Shown one piece after another: positions 57,953 to 64,000 of a DNA stretch of 64,000 bases; position 1 is the stretch's first letter, and the number at the start of each line of letters is the position of its first letter. A program made the translations under genes and the position numbers. The notes beneath the pieces are model-generated. The model had not been told where the DNA came from, made no database searches, and worked only from the letters and a program-made list of their open reading frames with translations. Origin of the DNA: Macrostomum lignano (Eukaryota); the NCBI GenBank assembly GCA_002269645.1, contig NIVC01000598.1, forward strand, positions 1 through 64,000. The letters are read 5' to 3'.

Positions 57953-58959
57953 GCTCCTGTCTCGTTAATTTACACGAGTTTCGAGTGCAGTAACCTGCTG
58001 TAGAAGTAATCGGCCATGTTTCACACTAGTACACCTTAATCATACCTGTAGTAACCTCCATAGAATTTGTTTACGCATTTCGTCCTCTTGTCTGCACTTC
58101 TACCCTGTCTACACACTGCCCATGTCTGTTCAACTTGGCTAACCCTTGCTTATCTAATCTAACCTTGCCTCATTCTGATTGGCTCTCACTTCGTCTCTCT
58201 CTCTCTCTCTGTGACATTTTTCCATTTCTCTCTCTTTACAACCTTCTGACTGAGGCCAATGCTGCATTCTTATCAACACCGCCACCCCCTCCCTCAATTA
58301 AAACTGTTATAATCAGACATCACATTACAATCCTTAATTATGGTTTTCGCAATTATCAAACATTATTTGTAATCAGTTCAAAAATGCCTATTATTAATAT
58401 TATACAGTTAAAATATCGATAATAATTTTATAAAGTGTACTTTTCCGCATTCCAGTGACCCCCAGCACCATCCAGGGCCGCATCATGAAGTCCGGTTCCG
58501 CCTACTGAGGCTGTCAACCTGAAGCTGGCCCCTGAAGTTGGCCTGAAGTGCAAAAATGCACTTACTGATGACTCTTTATAGCAAAACAACTACATGTACC
58601 TTTACACTCGGCTTGCTAAGTTGTCACTATTTGTTTCTAATCTAAATCTTAAATTAAAAGTACTTGCTGTAGTTTGCGGAATGCTGCTATTGAAAACTGT
58701 TTCACTGGAACTATTTGCTTTGAAGCAAGTCAATAAGAAAGAGTGCCACTTTTAACCACAGATTTACTTGTTGATGCCGGATTTTACTGATGCTCTGCAT
58801 GTCATGGCTGCATTCCAGAAGCTTTCGATTATATACTGCTGTTTCTGATAGCTGCATCAGCAGTTTTCTTCTGATTGGATTGCACCGATTCAAATTTCAC
58901 TCCTCAGCATCTTGTCTCATTATCTTTCTTTCTGGGATGCATGTATTTTGTATATTAAG

Positions 58960-60150
58960 TGTTGGAATTATTAGATCATGTGTTGGAATCAGTAGGTCAC
59001 GTGTTGGAATCAGCAGGTCACGTGTTGGAATCAGCAGATCATGTGTTGGAATCAGTAGGTCATGTGTTGGAATCAGTAGGTCATGTGTTGGAATCAGTAG
59101 GTCATGTGTTGGAATCAGTAGGTCACGTGTTGGAATCAGCAGGTCATGTGTTGGAATCAGTAGGTCATGTGTTGGAATCAGTAGGTCATGTGTTGGAATC
59201 AGCAGGTCATGTGTTGGAATCAGTAGGTCACGTGTTGGAATCAGCAGGTCATGTGTTGGAATCAGTAGGTCATGTGTTGGAATCAGCATGTCATGTGTTG
59301 GAATCAGCAGATCATGTGTTGGAATCAGTAGGTCACGTGTTGGAATCAGCAGGTCACGTGTTGGAATCAGCAGATCATGTGTTGGAATCAGTAGGTCATG
59401 TGTTGGAATCAGTAGGTCATGTGTTGGAATCAGTAGGTCATGTGTTGGAATCAGTAGGTCACGTGTTGGAATCAGCAGGTCATGTGTTGGAATCAGTAGG
59501 TCATGTGTTGGAATCAGCATGTCATGTGTTGGAATCAGCAGATCATGTGTTGGAATCAGTAGGTCATGTGTTGGAATCAGTAGGTCATGTGTTGGAATCA
59601 GTAGGTCATGTGTTGGAATCAGCAGGTCATGTGTTGGAATCAGTAAGTCATGTGTTGGAATCAGCAGGTCATGCGTTGGAATCAGTAGGTCATGTGTTGG
59701 AATCAGTAGGTCATGTGTTGGAATCAGCAGGTCATGTGTTGGAATCAGTAGGTCATGTGTTTGGAATCAGTAGGTCATGTGTTGGAATCAGTAGGTCATG
59801 TGTTGGAATCAGTAGGTCATGTGTTGGAATCAGCAGGTCACGTGTTGGAATCAGCAGGTCATGTGTTGGAATCAGTAGGTCATGTGTTGGAATCAGTAGG
59901 TCATGTGTTGGAATCAGTAGGTCATGTGTTGGAATCAGTAGGTCATGTGTTTGGAATCAGTAGGTCATGTGTTGGAATCAGTAGGTCATGTGTTGGAATC
60001 AGCAGGTCATGTGTTGGAATCAGTAGGTCATGTGTTGGAATCAGCAGGTCATGCGTTGGAATCAGTAGGTCATGTGTTGGAATCAGCAGGTCATATGTTG
60101 GAATCAGCAGGTCATGTGTTGGAATCAGTAGGTCATGTGTTGGAATCATG
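58960..60150. repeat. 21-bp tandem array (GGTCATGTGTTGGAATCAGTA), ~56 units
   Basis: Read directly; same family as 51215-51480. Confidence 0.96.
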
Positions 60151-60343
60151 CTGAATTAAGCAGATTCGGACAGCCAGCAGCCCACAACGCACTGTTTGCT
60201 TATTCTTCTTCCTTGTCAGGATCACTGAACACAGCGGAGGAAGTTCCGAGCTCTGTTGGTGTATTTTCCTAAATCACAAACATTTGAGTTCGACCATTTC
60301 ACAGCGGTTTATTCAATATCTGTTCATAGATTGTCGAAGCCGA

Positions 60344-61293
60344 TCAGCCGACCTTCATCATCTGGTAGAGATTCTGGATCTGCTTCATCGACATTGTGCC
60401 TGAGTGCCGCTTCCTGGCCAGGTGCTGCTGCAGCAGGCGGCGCAGCAGCTGTTCCCATTCCTGCTGCTGGAGAGTGGGAGAGAAGCTGACGTTGATCATT
60501 CAGGTTGTAAAGATCTTACTGTGCTACTCTCGAGTAGCGAATAGAGAGAATTTTTTCAAGCAGCAGAACGATGCTTCTTGCGAAACATTTGCTAATCAGT
60601 AATTATTAATTTGCTTCAGTTTGCTATTTTCTATTGCATATAGCGGCTGGCTCAACAAAAGGATTTACAATAAATTCTGATATTTTTTCTAAGGCTCATT
60701 AAAATAATTATACATTCTATTGTAATAATAATAATTCATATGCAGGATAGACGGGAGGTGAGGCAATTCTGCTCATTCCGCTCAGTCCCCGTGAGCACAT
60801 ACTCATACAAGCGCGCCAACACTAGCGCAGGCACGCTAAACGATTTGGAAGATGCGATTCAAGACATGAGATTTCAGCTGATGAATTACGGGGAATGGAA
60901 TTTTGGCGATAGGAGTTCTTCCCCTTTCTCCTCCGAAGGAGGAGTTCCACTCGTATGATAAAAATCCTCTGTCTGCAATTGATTTCTCAGTGTCTATATT
61001 CACTACTAGCTAGTAGGCGGGTCTGCGCATGGCTGCGATTTCTTTCTTTCTTTCATGGGTGCGATGCAGATGTTTCATACAAATCTTACGCTAATGCGCC
61101 TGTCCTCATCATCCAGGGTCGGGGCGGCAAACGCCTCATCGGCAGCTGCGCCAGCTTCATCCTCGGCGGCCTCCGGCATGGACTCGGGCGCCAGAGCGGC
61201 TTCGGCCTCGGCAACGGACTTTGAAGGCGCGGCCGCGGCAGCGAGAACCAGCGGCAGCAGCAGCAGCAGCGAGCGGCAGGTTGGCTTCAGCAT
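60344..61293 (-). CDS. Neuropeptide precursor (signal peptide, acidic spacer, RKR, amidated PDF/cerebrin-like peptide)
   Basis: Exon 1 61293-61090 (MLKPTCRSLLLLLPLVLAAAAA...DDEDRRIS|GTAAGA). Exon 2 60466-60344, after a pyrimidine-rich CTCCAG acceptor: QQEWEQLLRRLLQQHLARKRHSGTMSMKQIQNLYQMMKVG*. Total 108 aa. AATAAA at 60313-60308. Confidence 0.8.
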
Positions 61294-61779
61294 TGCCGAT
61301 CTCGAATTGGGGATTTGGGGGTCTGTGGCTCAGCGTGGTTCCGAGTTCGAATCGCGTCAGGATCAATCGCACCAAAACACAACACCATCGTTCCAGTCTG
61401 CATCACCGCCCAGCTTCAGCAAGTCTCCCCTAATCGATACTTGGAGATGCAAAAGAAAAGCAATTTGGGAAGTGGAGCTCATTTCCAACAGAAGCAATGG
61501 TAATTGATTGAATCCGCTGAAAGGGGCAACTGTTTGATTCTCTTTGATCTTCTCTATCGGCTGAGCAGCTGGATCGACCTTCACTTGTAGTTTTACTACT
61601 TCGGATCCACAGGCCTTCCAGATTTTTTTCTTTTTTTCTTTTTCCAGATTTTGTCTGCACATTGTTCCATCTCAATTATACCAAGTCTAAAATATCCCTC
61701 GTTCCTTATCCCTTATCTCTACCCCTATTTTCGATCCCTTTATCCCTATTTTGAATCTCTTATCCCATATTCCTGATCC

Positions 61780-61950
61780 CCAATCCCATATCCATTATCC
61801 CATATCCCATATCCCATATCCCATATCCCATATCCCATATCCCATATCCCATATCCAATATCCCATATCCCTTATCCCATATCCCTTATCCCATAGCCAA
61901 TATCCCATATCCATTATCCGATATCCTTATCCTATATCCCTTATACTTTA
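61780..61950. repeat. 7-bp tandem repeat (CCCATAT)n
   Basis: Read directly; degenerate edges. Confidence 0.85.
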
Positions 61951-62689
61951 TTCCTGGTTCGCTGTCTCCCTCCTGTTTCCATTGCAGCATCACTAATGCG
62001 ACCCCTAGAGCACCTCCGACCTACAAGCCACGCAGATTCCAAATGCAAATCTTTGATTCGGTCTGTCCGAACTTTGAACAGTGGAGCACCGGCATGCCCG
62101 CAGCTTGTGCAGTCAAAGCGAACATTTCCAAGAAAGAGTAATTGGAATTCTGGCTGGCAGAATTCGTTGCTGAAGCTCTTCTTCGTGAATGTTACCCGAG
62201 GTGCCAAGCCCCAAGCCCCCAGGCGCGTCTGTGTGTGCTTTGCAAAGTCGAATAAAAGACCTCCTGTCTCAAAGACTTACCAGGAAAGTTTAACCCGTCA
62301 AGAATTACGATTTCTTCAGAGCTGCTTGAGAAGACGGGGATCCTGACTCTCGGGATTCTTAGCAAATTCTTCGGAGCAGAAGAGAGAGACAGAAATGCCT
62401 CTCAATTTCAGCTTTTATGCGGAATTTTAGAGACGTCAGTCGGCTCCTCTGCTGACCAATCAGAGGCCAGTTGGGTCCGTCGGGTTTTCAGTTTTCCTTC
62501 TGCTAAAAATGTGAAGTCGAACTTCGGCGCCACCTAATCTGTCACTGTCGGGTAGGTTTTAGCAGCAAATATTGACTGGGACCGCACCGTTCCAGCCCTC
62601 CAGCTGCTCAGCTGATGCGGCTGCTTAGCGAAGGATGAACTGCTGCTCGTCTTGGAGCGAATTATGAGGGCGAAAAATGAGAGGATGAG

Positions 62690-63350
62690 AATGAAGGGAG
62701 GACGGTGAAGAATGAAGGGAGCACAGGGAAGAATGAAGGGAGCACAGAGAAGAATGAAGGAAGCACAGAGAAGAATGAAGGGAGGACAGTGAAGAATGAA
62801 GGAAAGACAGGGAAGAATGAAGGAAGGATGGTGAAGAATGAAGGGAGCACAGAGAAGAATGAAGGGAGCACAGGGAAGAATGACGGAAGCACAGGGAAGA
62901 ATGAAGGGAGGATGGTGAAGAATGAAGGGAAGATGGTGAAGAATGAAGAGAGGATGGTGAAGAATGAAGGGAGGATGGTGAAGAATGAAGGGAGCACAGA
63001 GAAGAATGAAGGGAGCGCAGGGAAGAATGACGGAAGCACAGGGAAGAATGAAGGGAGGACGGTGAAGAATGAAGGGAGCACAGGGAAGAATGAAGGGAGC
63101 ACAGGGAAGAATGAAGGGAGGACAGTGAAGAATGAAGGAAAGACAGGGAAGAATGAAGGGAGCACAGGGAAGAATGAAGGGAGCACAGAGAAGAATGAAG
63201 GGAGCACAGGGAAGAATGAAGGGAGCACAGGGAAGAATGAAGGGAGCACAGGGAAGAATGAAGGGAGGATGGTGAAGAATGAAGAGAGGATGGTGAAGAA
63301 TGAAGGGAGGATGGTGAAGAATGAAGGGAGGACAGGGAAGAATGAATGGA
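62690..63350. repeat. 21-bp purine-rich tandem array (GAAGAATGAAGGGAGCACAGG), ~31 units
   Basis: Read directly from the sequence. Confidence 0.94.
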
Positions 63351-63415
63351 GTTCGAATAAGGGAGTCCGGTAAAAAATACTCGCAGGACTTGACTTTCTA
63401 ATCGTCAGGCATGTA

Positions 63416-63418
<3 letters not shown>

Positions 63419-63483
<65 letters not shown>
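63419..63483. repeat. (CT)n microsatellite
   Basis: About 32 units. Confidence 0.97.
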
Positions 63484-63485
<2 letters not shown>

Positions 63486-64000
63486 GCGTTTATTGCTGAG
63501 CTGCTAGAACGCGAGAGAATAAAGGGCTGCTGGTTATGATCAGCAGAGTTCTAATCAGGCTGGATTGCCAAAGCCGCTCCATCGAGTTGAGAGGAACTTC
63601 GGCACTCAGCTCGGAATGTCAGGCAGCGCGCATTGTATCATGTCTAAACAGGCCTGGCCTCTCTCTAGGCAAGCAGTGCGGCCGATTCGAAACCAACTGT
63701 TTGCTCTGGCCTCACTATTTCATTTGCTGCCTGAATTGCTGGCTGGCTTTGTCTTCTGCTTCCAGAGAGTCTGGGCCTCAATGATGAAGGAATGAGTGGA
63801 AAGTTTACACTGCCACCCATTTGTCCAATTTGTCCCCATTTGTCCCCCTTGTCCACGAGGCTCTCATTGTCTAGCTCTGCTCCAGCCCGATCCTTCCTTG
63901 GCAACGAGTGGATGAAGAAATTCCCGCCCCAGCAGCCTGAATCGACTTGGCAAACACAGGCCTCATTCTCGCCTGACAATGGGCCCTGCATGTTTTTTTC

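Noticed and set aside
60344-60406. Secretin/glucagon/PACAP-family assignment from the N-terminal HS-GT
   Set aside because: It lacks the HSxGxF(T/S) spacing and Phe6, is too short, and its C-terminus fits cerebrin/PDF better.
60870-60965. Extra middle exon (TEDFYHTSG...) for the neuropeptide precursor
   Set aside because: It is phase-compatible through weaker sites, but its codon usage is AT-rich and unlike the other exons. The two-exon model uses stronger signals.
41698-63373. Other repeat-derived ORFs (LRAAAQSQQSELQ, AVRPPLIRQ, SHCLSWSL, VNSVNA, GISRSCV/ESVGHVL, KNEGSTG)
   Set aside because: Each coincides with a tandem array and lacks unique flanking coding sequence or splice support.

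Overview
Animal (metazoan) genomic DNA with GC3-rich spliced exons and introns packed with minisatellites. The style resembles the flatworm Macrostomum, but that is inference only. The window holds five spliced gene models. (1) A + strand PDZ + ZM-motif Zasp/ALP/PDLIM-like gene (5770-12868). (2) A small antisense gene nested in its last intron that encodes a secreted inhibitor-cystine-knot peptide (11492-11770). (3) A phase-consistent ~17-exon TRPC channel gene on the - strand (23133-47808). (4) An uncharacterised + strand gene (53568-55725+). (5) A two-exon neuropeptide precursor on the - strand (60344-61293) yielding a predicted amidated PDF/cerebrin-like peptide. The knottin gene is absent from the ORF track, and the neuropeptide appears there only as its first exon. 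Mobile DNA: a very young BEL/Pao LTR retrotransposon (14867-21698; identical LTRs, 5-bp TSD, tRNA-iMet PBS) inserted into a 32-bp satellite, a decayed mariner, an intron-containing Crypton-like tyrosine-recombinase relic, a tRNA-derived SINE and several inverted-repeat elements. About 20 distinct tandem arrays (7-42 bp units) are present, and two repeat families occur as paired dispersed copies. Three 1-bp deletions in otherwise intact coding sequence suggest long-read consensus errors.
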